Source: Octopus sinensis (lineage: Eukaryota). Taken from it: a DNA stretch of 64,000 bases. The position numbers and the translations under genes were made by a program. How positions within the stretch are numbered: position 1 is the stretch's first letter; each line of letters starts with the position of its first letter. This document shows positions 14,184 to 28,481 of the stretch, in pieces. Below the pieces are notes generated by a model that made no database searches, was not told the origin of the DNA, and saw only the letters and a program-made list of their open reading frames with translations. Location: assembly GCF_006345805.1 (NCBI RefSeq), contig NC_042998.1, positions 37,076,001 through 37,140,000 on the forward strand, written 5' to 3'.

Positions 14184-15240
14184 GAGGGTAAAACGGAACG
14201 CAATGCAAAAGTGGTTATGACATTTTTAAAGTTTACATGTGACGTTCCAAGTGCATGTGTAGCAGAAATAAATCTCCTTGTGTAAAAAATTATGTCCAAG
14301 ATATTTCGCGAGATAGTATTATTCATCACAAGCTGTGCAACCGGATGACGTGCATTCTCAAATATTTAAAAAATAATCTCGAGGATTAATCGTTTCATCC
14401 ATTTATTCACACACTTTCTCGCCGTCTTTGTCAAGAAATCCATGTCCTTAACACTGCCTTTCATAGGTTCGACCTGCTGGATGTCATAGCGTGCAGAATC
14501 CGGGCTGTAAGACAGGTAAGAAACCGCTGGTCAGTCTAATTTTCTGACTGCTTGATTTTGTCCCCAACATGTATTCGCATATTATCATGGGGAATATTTT
14601 GGGATGCTTGTCCAGTCTTCTTCCACTGAATAGCTTCTCTAATCTGTTTTCCAGACTCAATGTACCACTCGCCGTTCACGGTACAAATTCTGGTTCACGA
14701 TACTAGAAAATCAAGCAGAGTGAGACCTTTGAAATCCCAATAAATAGTCACCACGACTTTCGACGCAAATCGCTGACGTATGAATTTGTTAGGCATTGGA
14801 GACAACTGGATCTATTCCCTGAACTGATCGTTCGTTCCCAGATCATAAATGCATATCGACGTTATCTCTCCCCCCACTAGATCGAGAAAAACCGTGTTTT
14901 CTTTAGGTTGAAACACTTTCAGAATAGCAGAGTTGACATCTTCCAGCTTTATCTTCATATCGAACCTGCTGAGGTAACTAATTTGTATATACTTCCCAAT
15001 GCATGAAGCCGTCCACAAATGAATTGTTTCAGGCACGCAAATCACTTTGCTCTCTCGTGGTCGAATCTTGTGATTGACCGAAGTCGTTGTCTCCCACTTC
15101 GTGGTTTGTATTCGATACAAGTTACTCCTTCTCTAAACACCTTCAGCCACGCGACCTGATCCTCTGATCAACTGCGTCATCTCAATGAACAACCTAAACC
15201 CGACCATGCATTTAGGACCTCCTTTTCTTTCTATTATCAA
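14184..15240 (-). mobile_element. Degenerate mariner transposon
   Basis: Minus-strand fragments WLKVFREGVTCIEYKPRSGR and RQRFASKVVVTIYWDFKGLTLLDFL; mariner-like end TATGAGGGTAAAACGG at about 14182; many stops and frameshifts. Confidence 0.7.
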
Positions 15241-15839
15241 TAAAGTAATGATGCAAACTTACTTTTGTTTGGAACTCTGCAATGAAGAAATCCAAGAAGA
15301 CGTCTTATAAAAGGAAGCGTTAGTCCGTCAGCCGAATAGTTTGAATGGACCATGTCATTAATAAAATAACAAGAAAAGTACTCGGAGAGCGCAGACCTCC
15401 GCCAAGCAGCTCATTTCCATCCATATACACGCAGGCTGAAAATCGCCCAATTTTCCAAACCAACGCTGGCAAAAACATAACCTCCTCCCATACTTATCTC
15501 GACCATCGTCATCATCAACACTGTCTCTGGATTCACCACAATCCGTTTCTTTATACAGTTGAAAATCCATTATCCGATACTCATGGGACCGAGATTGTTG
15601 CAGATTTTTGATTTTTCTAATTTCGGAGTGCTGTATTAAAAAAACTGCATCTACAAGACGGAACAGTTTGAGGATAGAAACCAGGTCTAAACACAATATC
15701 TTATAGACATACTCTGAATGTAGTTCTATATAAATCTTTAATATTTTTTTTTATACTTAAGACCATCAAAAATGTTAAGATATCAGCCTCTACCCACGTT
15801 GTCATGCTTTGATTAAAAGGTTACAACATAGATTAGATT

Positions 15840-16350
15840 ACTTAGATACGTTTCGGCCGAAGTTGACTCAGGCCATGTCTAATTTAATAGCACGACCTGG
15901 AAGAGATACACAGTCAGCTCTGGGGAACCGTAGCCCATTCAAGCAGAGGGCTATTGTTTTCAGAGACATATCTGGGTGTGGGTGGTGTATCTGGTATTTG
16001 TTGGGGGTAATCATCTAGGGATCGTTTGAATGCCGTGAAGTTACTGTCCTCCTTTATGTGTGTCTGGCACAATGTTGAAGAGAGCAGGGCCAATTGAGGT
16101 GAAACAGTTCTGTCATAGTGTTGTGATACGACATGGGTATTTCTGTAGTGGACAGATGGCACGGGGGCCAAGCCTCGGACGAATTTTAAAGATGGGCAAT
16201 GTTGATGGAATATTTCCACATCATACAGATGATATAGAGCCCACAGCGGCGGTGGAAGGAGCAAAGCCTGAGCTTTTTGAGTCGATCCCAATAGTCAAGG
16301 CTTGTCATGTCATCCTCCGCAGACTTCTGCCAAGCAGCTCATATTAAGAT
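15840..16350 (-). mobile_element. CR1-like LINE 3' remnant
   Basis: Minus translation YWDRLKKLRLCSLHRRCGLYIICMMWKY resembles the C-terminus of the RT ORF at 41253-42317; shares its 3' end (AGGCCATGTCTAA..AATAGCAC.ACCTGG) with 41190-41240. Confidence 0.75.
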
Positions 16351-16965
16351 AGATACGCGAGTAAAATTACTAATAGAGAAACGAAAATAAACTTTGGAAA
16401 CGGCAACGCCACCATAGGTTATGTGGAAATGATGAATGTGTTTTCAAGGGAGATAATCAAAGAACGTAACATTGTAATACTTCATGTAAAGTAAATATAA
16501 CAAATGAAAAATCCTTCAAGAATCCATAAAAATTCCCGGATCACTATCACAATTTCATCATCTATTTCTTGTGTCATTGTCAACTTTTCCTGCAAGTCTT
16601 ATCAAATACCGGTGAAGACTATTTGAGTTATCTTGCACAGAGACGGACAAGCCAACGCCGATGAAAACATAACCTCCTTCCTTGGCGAAGGTAATTATCT
16701 CCACTTTTAACTTACTTTTAATACAACGGCAAAATTAAGAGGCAGTAGATCAAATATTGATATTTTTTACATGCGGGATGTATAAAAGTTGTTAGTGGAT
16801 GTAAATGTGAGGGTTTTTAGTTGCACATTCCCAAATTCGTAAATTGAGATTATTCTCAAGAAGTATATCGTTTCATTTATGAGTTTGCTATCAATTATGT
16901 GACTGTCACAGCCTAAGAATTAATCTGTTAACGTGCGCAATGTGTACTTGTGAGAAGAAGTTATG

Positions 16966-17362
16966 TAGGCGTCGGAGTGGCTGTGTGGTAAGTAGCTTGT
17001 CTACCAACCGCACGGTTCTGGATTCAGTCCCACTGCGTGGAACCTTGGGCAAGTGTCTTCTACTATAGCCTCGGGCCGACCAAAGCCTTGTGAGTGGATT
17101 TGGTAGACGGAAACTGAAAGAAGCCCGTCGTATATATATATATATATATATGCGTGTATGTGTTTGTTCCCTAGCATTGCTTGACAACCGATGCTGGTGT
17201 GTTTATGTCGCCGTCACTTAGCGATTCGGCAAAAGAGACCGATAGAATAAGTACTCGGCTTACAAAAGAATAAGTCCCGGGGTCGAGTTGCTCGATTAAA
17301 GGCGGTGCTCCAGCATGGCCGCAGTCAAATGACTGAAACAAGTAAAAGAGTAAAAGAGTAAA
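16966..17362 (+). mobile_element. tRNA-derived SINE with CORE-like domain, internal (TA)n and (GTAAAAGA)n tail
   Basis: A-box TGGCTGTGTGG, B-box-like GATTCAGTCCC, CORE-like CCTTGGGCAAGTGTCTTCTAC; tail GGCGGTGCTCCAGCATGGCCGCAGTC..GTAAAAGAGTAAAAGAG recurs at 34560, 56670 and 58250. Confidence 0.8.
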
Positions 17363-18206
17363 GTTTTAGTTTTAAAACTCAGTCTCTCGAATGATACTAA
17401 ATATTTCTTTGTGAAATATTTAATTTGAAGACACTAGGGAACCTCATAAGTCCAAAACGAATTCATCCATTTGAGAGCTATGTGGAAAATATTTGCTTAT
17501 AGAATCGATGGCCATTTTTATTATTTTTCAACAAGTTTTTAAGATAGACTCTCCAGGTGCATCTGGGGGAAATATCAAAAAAAAAAAAAAAAAAAAAACT
17601 AAGCCACGACTAATGGAAATTATTGCATAAAATTTCCAATAAATTCAGAAAGTGCTTAGCCATGTGCATAGCATTCATTTTCGTTTCATCACATACATCA
17701 TCGATGAAACTAATTCATTCAGATTAAGAGGAAAGTAGATAAAGAACTGTGGCAAATCATTTACATATCGTTCTTCCTTGCTGCAAGCATGACCATTCTC
17801 TGATCACCTTTCACCTTCATCAGCATATTTATTCCCAAGTCGGCAGTTAAAACCTTATTAATTTGTTTGTAGATGGATATTATCATTTGGGGTAAGTATC
17901 GGCATCTAAAATATATCTCACATATGCTTATGTGGAGAGAAGATTAATTTATATTCATACCCATTAAAAGTGCATTATCACGAAATGTAAAGCAATTCTG
18001 AAAAGATTAGCAGTTAAAAGCCGCTTATGACATAGCTTGTCGTAAGATTATAATTCACACTTGCAGATACACATACACACACACACACACACAAGCCAGC
18101 AGTGCAGCGTATGAAGTTTTGTTTCTCCCAATAACTCAGCGTATTCGTATTTTCGTAGTCCACCGAATGGGTCCAGTAACATTTTCAAACGGCAAACAGA
18201 TGCACA

Positions 18207-18248
<42 letters not shown>

Positions 18249-18434
18249 CATACACACACACACACATGTACAGTAGAACCTCGATTTTCGAACAACTCTG
18301 ATACTCTGATCTCGAATAAATCGTAATTTATCTCCTGTCTTTCTCATATTCATTTCATACAATTGTACCTCGGTTTACGAACGCCTCTGATCACGAATAA
18401 ATCGTACTTTATCTCTCTCTCTCTCTCTCTCTCC

Positions 18435-18485
<51 letters not shown>

Positions 18486-19429
18486 TATATATTTTTTTTC
18501 TCCGTTCAATATCAATGTGTTAACCTTCATCAACTTTGTATATGTTCAGCAAGAACATATATAAACACAAATATATACAACACAAAAATCCATCTGCTCT
18601 CCACAAAATCCAGCACTCTACGTTATCAAAACATTTTGCTGCATAACATTTTGAACTAGATTTTTTCCACGTGAGCACCACGAATTATTATTCTCCGTTA
18701 TTTATATTGTATTCTTCCAGACTTTGATCCCTTGAGCATAAGATGCTTGCGACTGTTATGTCTTACTCGGGGAAACAACTCAAAATGGCATTATAATCAC
18801 TTTGAACATTAATTTTGCTGTGAGATATCAAAATTAAATCATATCGCGCCATCAGCAGTACAACCGTCTATGTTCTTTATAATCTCGCAACTATTTTCTT
18901 TCTCTTACATTTAGAAAAAATACCTCTTTTCCTTAAAGACATTTTACTGAAATTTAACTACTGTGTCTCTTTTCTTTTATAGATGATTATTGTAATACAA
19001 CATTTTGTACTTTTGTATCCTGATTTCTGAATATTTATCTGTTTGTTAGCGTATCCCCGTGTTGATGTGTCTATAATACTGAAACCTCTGATTTGACTGA
19101 GTTTTCTCACTTTTTATAATTACGAAGCAAATTCATATTTAATTGTCTACCGCTCTGACTATGTATCCATCAAACGCAATGTTTCTCTGTATGTATCTAA
19201 GTACGTTGGCAGGTTTGGCTGTACAAACAAGGGAAACATGCACCTTAAAAACACCAATCGTGTACATTTATAGATGAAAAGCATGACCAAGGTATGAAGC
19301 TGAAAAGTCACAGAAATATTGCCGGTTAATATGGGCGACTTTGAATATTGAAATATAATTGTAGATAAGTATAAGTCTGATAACGAAAGTGAAAGCATGT
19401 GTACCCTTATGAATTTGTGTATGCATGTA

Positions 19430-19593
19430 TTTATAAACACACACACAGACACACACACACACAAAGACACACAGACAACAGACACACACTCACACACACA
19501 GAAACACACACATATATATGTATGTCTGTATGTGTATAATATATATATATATATATTATAATATATATATATATATGTATATATATATGAATG

Positions 19594-19625
<32 letters not shown>

Positions 19626-19671
19626 CATATTATATATACATATATATATATATATATATAGATATATATAT

Positions 19672-19716
<45 letters not shown>

Positions 19717-19790
19717 ACATAGTATATATATATATATATATTATATATATTATATATATATATATATATAATATATATATATTGTATACC
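19430..19790. repeat. Compound (CA)n/(TA)n microsatellite
   Basis: Direct inspection. Confidence 0.95.
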
Positions 19791-20782
19791 TATGTACATA
19801 TAGAGTATATACATCTATAATCCTCTTTTCAAATCGTATTTACTATTTAACATCGTTTATCGTTCCGGATACTGATCGCAGAAACGTGCGTTACAGACGA
19901 AATAAAGAAACACTCATTCCGAGTTTCATGTTCTTCCCTTGATGCGCTCTTTATAATTCTGAATAGGCCACCGATGGAGTGACTGAGAGAGCCGCAATCG
20001 TCAAAACGTGACGTGCATGTAAGAATTATGACAGTAAAACTGATTTCGGCTGGCAGCAGGCATGTAAAGAAGGTGCAGAAAGTGTAACGCGACAGAATAG
20101 ATCTTGTAGTCGTTTTCGTGTAAATGTAATATAAACGGTGACACTATTGCCAAGGCAGGCATTACACTAAGACTTGATGCGTGAAAATAGATTAGAAGAA
20201 AGCAGGCAGTGTGGCAGCAAATGATCAGTCTAAACTCTTATGGGACTTAACTTTACGGAATAAACATGGTATTTAAGTAAGAAAATCGGCTATTATCATT
20301 CTACAAAAGGTTTGATGGAATGCAATATCATATATATGTATGTTAATGCTGATATGAATATACCTGTTAACGATTTAGCAGAGAAAATACGCAGGATGAA
20401 CAATGTTGATCCAAGCGCTGAAATATCTGGTAAAGTGTACATGTATATATATAATATATATAAAATTATAAGTTAGAGCTTATAAAACTGTCTAATGGAT
20501 AAATGTACCCGTAGGCACAATTTGTGTATTACCTAACCATGTTAAGGCTTTGTAATGAGGTTAACAGCATTTGGAGACTTAAATGGTAAACCGTGGTTTA
20601 ATATATTCAGATGAGAAAATCAATGGAGAAATAATTAACAATTAGAAGTTGATCATTGGTATTAAACAATGACCATTTAATACCAATCATCAACTAATTG
20701 TTAATTTTTGCCTCCATATCTTTTCTTATCTGTATATGTGTGTGTGTGTGTGTGAGTGAGTGTGTGCGCATATATATATGTG

Positions 20783-20838
<56 letters not shown>

Positions 20839-21477
20839 ATGTATATATGCATGTATGTATGTGTGTATGTATATATGTAAGTATGGGTGTATGGATGAAT
20901 AGAATGAATGGATGGAAGTATGTGTAAGCGTTAGGCCGCGGCAAATGGCCTCGCTGATTCGGACCTTGTCCATTTGGCGGAAGTTAATGCCAAGAGTCTG
21001 CTTTTATTATATATCAACATGAACGTATAACATTTAGCAGAGCGTTTCTCATAATTGCCATATGAAGGATTAAATAGAGTTGTAGTTTCGATGAAGAGTT
21101 GCAATAATTTCTGTTATTATTAATAATGGTCGGTTGCTCTGTATTTGTGCCATAAAAATGGAGATATCTATTCTATCTATTTCACTTTATTGTCGTGTTT
21201 CTTTATCTTTGTTTATGTTATGCGTTCGATGTCCGCAGAGATAAAACGCCCCTCAGTCAATCGGGTGCACTTTCAATACAGCCAATGTTTCTCTCTCTCG
21301 CTTTCTATCTCTTTATCTCTGTCTCTGTCTCTCGCTCTCTATCTTTATCTCTCGCACACACTTTTCTCTGTTTCATTTTCTCTCTGTGTACGTATGTATA
21401 AGTGAATGCGAGCGCCTCTCGTCAAAACAACCGAAAAATCGACGTCCATTCATCACTTCGATTCTGTCTCTCTCTTC

Positions 21478-21560
21478 ATGTATGTATGTATGTAGTATGT
21501 ATGTATGTATGTATGTATGTATGTATGCATGCATGCATGTATGTATGTATGTATGTATCT
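21478..21560. repeat. (TATG)n microsatellite
   Basis: Direct inspection. Confidence 0.9.
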
Positions 21561-23211
21561 ATGTGTGTATGTAACTATTTACCTACCTATCTAATAACTT
21601 ATTACATACACATAAATAGTTATTATATATTTATGTGTGTGTGTGTGTGTGTGTGTGCGTGTATTAATGTTTGTGTGAATATAGAGAGTACGAGAGAAGG
21701 ACCGTAGAAATGTTGGGAGACAGAGGCTGCCATTGGGTTTATAAGGCGGATAAATACGTTTCTGTAAATATACGCAAGTGCAGAGGAAGCAAATAATATA
21801 AATAATCTAAATTTATTACTTGATAATGCAGATAAATTGATTAATTGAACCTGTATTGTGTCACCTGATGGTTGCAGTGCTGAATAGATTAGCAATAGGG
21901 GAGTATTATAGCCTTTTCTATTCAACCTAATATTGAGAAATTAATATTCTCTTTCGTTTCTGACTACAAACGGGATTAACTTGATTCAAAGTGCTGTAGC
22001 TCAATATCTAGTTAATGTATTGTTGTATAGGGGACTTGACGTCGTTGTTTCTTCTTCTCATTTGCACAGCATCTCTTTTAAATTCATTCTGTGTGTTAGA
22101 AGAGCATGTATGTTTTATCGGACACTTTAATAATGAGATATTTAGTAGATTACAGATTCTTATGGGATTAAGGTTTCCACTAATTGGAAACGTGTATTGC
22201 TTTTATAAGATACATATATTTGTTTCTGCGCCTTGATATTTTTTTTATTTTTATGAGTTTCCCCACTAATTCTACAACAGATTGTCACAGAGAGTACTTC
22301 ACATAATTCGAAAGAATTATAATCAATTTCAGTTACAGGCATTATTCGAATGCTTGCCAATGGCATAACTAAATCACAGTGCAGTTTCCAGAAATCAAAA
22401 TGCCTGAAACAACATTTTGACTTTGAACTAGTATTTACCAATTAAATCTTCATTACTATTAAAATAGCTAATATGAAGTCTTCCAGAAATGCGTTAATCG
22501 AAATATGATATTTTAACGTTATCTGAATGTCATGTGAATTACAGAATATGTAGAATTAGCAGCCCACTCCAAGTGTTGTTGAGTCTCTATGCAACTAACA
22601 TATCTTCTCTGTCAGATCGTAAGGCAATTAGTTCTCAGTGTTGGGGCTGCATATCAGCAAAAATTCGGTGACAAGCACTAAAGCTTCACAAGTCCACACA
22701 AGCATACACATATTGTCCAGTTGATTTGTACATATTTAACGAAGAGATGTAATGTATTCGGGACTAGCAGATTTAACATATTAATGAACCTTGTTAATGA
22801 TACATGGATTCCGATGACAGTGGGAAGGCTGCATTGCATGCGTGAGACCATGCTTGAAATTAATTAGAGGCAATCTCTAAATAAGTTATGGATTAGGAAT
22901 TCATAATTCCAGTAGTATTAAATTCAGGAATAACTGAAGATCATATAGTACAGCACACTTCTCTTAATAATATATTTTAAGCAATGAAAACAAAGGTTTT
23001 CTTTCTATATATTTGAAATGGTACCGGTTCAAATTTCCTCTCTCCCTACTATGTGCTTTATCAAGGACAGTTATAATTTTATTATTAAAATAGCTGCAGA
23101 AAATTACACTAAAACGACCGAGTTCATAAACGTAGACCACGGAGTAAACGATATAAGTAAAACTATTGAAAAAGTGGATATGTAACTGAACTTCTCAACA
23201 CGGTGGTCCAT

Positions 23212-23625
23212 TTAAGAAATAATTGATCGTCATATATGTCGGTAAAACTGTGGAAATATCAGATAACAATGGCAATAAATATAAAGGCATACGTGTTAGA
23301 TAGAATAATGAGTCATTAGCTACAGAGTTGTATTTGGTTGCAACATAAGTTTTTCGAATGAATTTTTTGAATATTTATGTTAGGTATATAAATATTCATT
23401 CATACACATAGACACACACACACATATATATATATATACACATACATATGTAAATGACATATACGTATATGTAAGTATGAATATGCATACATATATGTAC
23501 GTATATGTGTGCGTATTATCATATATATGAATCTAAACACTTGTATACATATGTGCATATCCATCTATCAATCAATCTATCTACCTATCATTCTATCTAT
23601 CTATCTATCTATTTATCTATCTATA

Positions 23626-23665
<40 letters not shown>

Positions 23666-24091
23666 TATATATTATATATATATAGGTAGATAGATAGATA
23701 ATAGATAGATAGATAGATAGAATGATAGGTAGATAGATTGATTGATAGATGGATATGCACATATGTATACAAGTGTTAGATTCATAATGATAATACGCAC
23801 ACATATACGTAAATATGTATGCATATTCATACTTCATATACGTATATGTCATTTACATATGTATGTGTATATATATATATATGTGTGGTGTGTCTATGTG
23901 TATGAATGAATATTTATATACCTAACATAAATATTCAAAAAATTCATTCGAAAAACTTATGTTGCAACCAAATACAACTCTGTAGCTAATGACTCATTAT
24001 TCTATCTAACACGTATGCCTTTATATTTATTGCCATGTTATCTGATATTTCCACAGTTTTACCGACATATATGACGATCAATTATTTTTAA
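23212..24091. repeat. Large inverted duplication (palindrome) centred on (TA)n
   Basis: The sequence from 23217 (AAATAATTGATCGTCATATATGTCGG..) is the reverse complement of the sequence ending at 24087 (..CCGACATATATGACGATCAATTATTT); symmetry continues inward to the TA tract at about 23625-23685. Confidence 0.95.
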
Positions 24092-25329
24092 TATATATAT
24101 ATATGTATGTATATATATATATAATAGAATATATATATATATATATTATATGTATGTATGTATGTATGTATGTATATGTATCGTTTCTGTTACGTGAAAT
24201 GTCGTATGTCCCAATCGTTGCAGTTTCAGAAAACGAAAAAATAGTTTCACCATTCCGTTGCAAAACCGTTGTAATACATTTAGAAAAGTTTTTGGTATTT
24301 TGGCATCTGAAGCAGCCGGAGATACGATTGTTTGGCGAAAATAACCGGCTATTGCAAACAAAAATATATATTAAAAAAAAAACGCATTTGGCCAAAGTTG
24401 GACATACCACAGCATGTCCAAGTTTGGACATTCATTACAGGAGAAACCAGCACCCTCTTATGACGATAGTGGATTGAAAACACTCTCAACACTTCAGTGC
24501 ACGGAGTTCTGTCCACCCTCTCTTTCGATAAGACGTGATTCGTCAGGCAGAAGCATGTATCCGTTCGGCTAAAACAAGCGGCTGGTTTGTTTATGATTTC
24601 AGAGAATGAAACAGTTTGCTTCAGTGTTTGTAGATGTCAAAAACGATAAAAGACAAAATATTAATGGCACCGAGTGCATCTAAAACAAAGACAATGTCGC
24701 CTTCAATATTTATCCTTAATGAGTTCCGGAAGATCTAAATGAAACTTGGTCATTCCTTCATACATTTGTGTGTTTGTATGTGTGTGTGTGTGTGTGTTTG
24801 TGTGCGTGCACGCGCATTATATATACAATTCTTTATTTGTCTGTGTGTTTCTCTATCGTGGGATGTGTGCGAGTCTGTGTGTTTGTGTGTTTGTGCATGT
24901 GTGTGTGCGGGTTTGAGTGTGTGTGTGTGATATATATTCTCAAAAATATTAGGATAAAAAAATTTAACTATTCTCAGTGCATTTTCAACTTGTATTTTAC
25001 CTATATTTTTACCCGTATGGAATAAAATAAATTTCTTTTCTACGTACACACACACACAGTAACATTTTCTCCGTCTTCTCGCTTTTTTTTGTCTGTGTTT
25101 TCGCACATAATCGCCTGCTTTCTTCCCCAAATTTAATGCTCTTAGCTTAGATGTTTGGGGTCTAACAATTTTGAACAGTCTCAAGTGTAACAGACCGAAA
25201 CTGTAGTGATAATTGGAATCTTGACTGATGAATAGTAAGCCACAAATGTTCCTTCCTGGTTTTCCTGTCCGTTCATATCTCGGTTTGTTTTTACTGTTGT
25301 CCATTACGTTTTGTTCCGAATTTTGGATT

Positions 25330-25363
<34 letters not shown>

Positions 25364-25451
25364 ATATATATAAGGTTGAAACGGAACACACGAGATGATA
25401 TATATAGAAAAAAGTCAAGATAGAAAATGCTAAAATAATAAAAAAAAAAGT

Positions 25452-25486
25452 CAGTACCGTTTCAGTCATTGAGACGTTTTCAACTG
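25452..25486 (-). ncRNA. Degenerate hammerhead motif (copy A)
   Basis: Minus: cag TTGAAAA c-gtc-tcaat-gac-t GAAA CGG TA ctg. Stems I and II pair, but the CUGANGA box has two substitutions. Confidence 0.4.
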
Positions 25487-25902
25487 TAAGTATGGAAGAC
25501 AATTAAATTTTGGAAAAATTAAAAGAAAGGGTTTTTAAAAGAATATTTGCATAGTACTGAAATGCAAGTGGCATTTTCCTTGTTTCTGCTTCTTTCTGTC
25601 TCTCTTGTTTACTCTTGTGGGTTATGTTTATATATTTCTTTGTTCAACTGATGATGGGACTATATTTAAATTGATGTTTAGTTAAATGGAGCCGCATGAA
25701 ACGGTTGTACTTCATCATTATTTCATATCCTATTGCTTATTTTGATTTTATTCACCTTACGTCAAGTTGTGCAGATAATACCGGTCTCACTTGGTGCTAC
25801 ATCCTGAGTACCTAATTGAACTGAATCTCAATTGTTTTCTATATATAACATACATACATACATACACACACACATATATATGTGTATGTATATATATATA
25901 TT

Positions 25903-25936
<34 letters not shown>

Positions 25937-26014
25937 AGGTTGAAACGGAACACACGAGATGATATATATAAAAAAAGTCAAGATAGAAAATGCTAAAATA
26001 ATAAAAAAAAAAGT

Positions 26015-26050
26015 CAGTACCGGTTTCAGTCATTGAGACGTTTTCAACTG
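26015..26050 (-). ncRNA. Degenerate hammerhead motif (copy B)
   Basis: Minus: cag TTGAAAA c-gtc-tcaat-gac-t GAAA CCGG TA ctg. Palindromic stem III ACCGGT; same core substitutions as copy A. Confidence 0.45.
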
Positions 26051-26451
26051 TAAGTATGGAAGACAATTAAATTTTGGAAAAATTAAAAGAAAGGGTTTTT
26101 TAAAAGAATATTTGCATATACTACTGAAATGCAAGTGGCATTTTCCTTGTTTCTTCTGCTTCTTTCTGTCTCTCTTGTTTACTCTTGTGGGTTATGTTTA
26201 TATATTTCTTTGTTCAACTGATGATGGGACTATATTTAAATTGATGTTTAGTTAAATGGAGCCGCATGAAACGGTTGTACTTCATCATTATTTCATATCC
26301 TATTTTATTTTGATTTTATTCACCTTACGTCAAGTTGTGCAGATAATACCGGTCTCACTTGGTGCTACATCCTGAGTACCTAATTGAACTGAATCTCAAT
26401 TGTTTCTTATATATACATACATACATACATACACACACACATATATATGTG

Positions 26452-26488
<37 letters not shown>

Positions 26489-26491
<3 letters not shown>

Positions 26492-27019
26492 AGCCTGTTT
26501 CTTTTGTCTAATAGCCTTGTCAACAATATTGTTCCACCACCACGTTATTTTGGGTTTTGAGGGGACTTTGCACCAACCACAGATCTGGTCAGTGGCTCTC
26601 AGCAGGTTGTCCCTTAGAGACCTCCAGTTGTCTTCTACCCCATGTGAAGCTATATCCCCTTCTATTTCGTCAAAGGGTTCAAGTAATATGTCCTTAAATC
26701 TCTGTCCATTCGCAGGATCTTTAAGCTTCCAGATCCTTCTTCTTTCCATGTTGGTCGTCTTCTAGTCGTCCTCTTAGTCCTGATCCTAAAGTCACTAACT
26801 ACCAGTCTATGTTGTGGGGTACATACTTCGCCTGGGAAAATTTTGGCATTTATAAGCAGCCATCTTTCCATTTTTCTGGTAAGGATGTAGTCGATTTGGC
26901 TAGTATGTCGGCCCGATCGGTAGGTGACTAGGTGGCTGGTAGGTTTCCTGAAGTTAGTGTTGCAAACCATAAGGCTATTCGCATCGCAGAACTCCAGCAG
27001 CCTGGTTCCCTCCTCGTTG
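26489..27019 (-). mobile_element. RTE-clade LINE fragment (endonuclease C-terminus and linker)
   Basis: NEEGTRLLEFCDANSLMVCNTNFRKPTSHLVTYRSG..SQIDYIL..QHRLVVSDF, then a frameshift to RIWKLKD..TWWWNNIVDKAI; these are typical RTE AP-endonuclease motifs. Confidence 0.9.
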
Positions 27020-27510
27020 TATATATGTGTATGTTAGGATTTTCTAAAGCAAAGCAAATCTGTTACATTTAGTTTGTTTATCTGCATAAATGCATATATG
27101 TTCACGTACTACAAGAATATTTGAGCAAGATCCATGAGTATGACTGTTAATAAGACATTTATTACAAAAAAAACTCTAGATGTGTATCTGCTACGAATGT
27201 ATCTTGACAAGATATTTAGTATATATATATATCGTGTGTAGCTTGGATCTTTGCCTAAACAATGTCAGCACAATTTTGTATAACGACTGCTTTAACGAAA
27301 TCGCGTCTTGTCCCTACGTTCGAAACACGGAGTAGATAAAATAGCGGACAACAGATGAAGTGAATGTTCTTTGTGTTGCCTGCCTCCTTTCTCTATTTGT
27401 TTCTTTCGTTGTTTAAAAAAAGTTCGTTTTTCATGTTTTAGTATTTATATTCTCGTTTCTCATTTTGTTCACATTTGTTTTGATGTCCTGTACATATATA
27501 TGCATGTATG

Positions 27511-27580
<70 letters not shown>

Positions 27581-27682
27581 TATTGGTATGTATGTACATA
27601 TATGTATGTATATATGCGTATATTTATATATTGTTTATATTATTATATTATGTATGCATATGTTTATACATACATACATATG

Positions 27683-27750
<68 letters not shown>

Positions 27751-28327
27751 GCACAAACACACACATATTGAATATGACCACAATATTTCATCCTAAGTTT
27801 TGTAGCACTTAGTTTAAAGTAGATATGAACGTTGGCAATTTACATTCTACTAATAAATTCTGAGAGAGATCATTTCTATTTACAGAGAGAAAATAAAAAA
27901 TGGTTTAGTGCCTAGCGATCTGTCATGGTGAGCATGTACTAAACATATCTTTCTCTCTTTATCCGAATAGCCTGAAAAGTGACAAGAAATCCTTGGCTGG
28001 ATGTGTGCCAGGCAATAATCATTGGCCTAGAGATGGAGGCCATTTTATAGGGAGAAAACTTGCATCTATATTATTATCATTACGTATGTACCTAAGGCGG
28101 TGCTTGGCAAAAATTTAGCGTTTTGGTTTCGATGAAATTGAAAGAAGTACCGATTCTGTACAAGGGTCGATGTAATGAATTCCAGTTTCAAGCCCTGTGC
28201 TATTAGTAGAATGGATTACTATGCAATTGAATTGCGTTTACCCCTGAACAAATAGGGAAACATCTAGGCAACTCAGCGATAGGGAAAGACGTAACAGCAG
28301 CAGAAACAAGTGGACGAGTGACTTGTA

Positions 28328-28374
<47 letters not shown>

Positions 28375-28481
28375 TATATATATTATATATATAATATATA
28401 TATAATATATATATTATATATATAATATATATATATATATATTTTAATTAATATATATTATATATATATATATATATTATA

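Larger units (their letters stand above)
25371..26460. repeat. Tandem duplication of an ~565-bp unit bounded by (TA)n
   Basis: Copy A 25371-~25895 and copy B 25935-~26460 both start TAAGGTTGAAACGGAACACACGAG; they differ mainly by small indels. Confidence 0.95.

Noticed and set aside
25225-25255. CTGATGA..AAATGTT hammerhead-like remnant
   Set aside because: GAAA box is missing and stem II does not pair.
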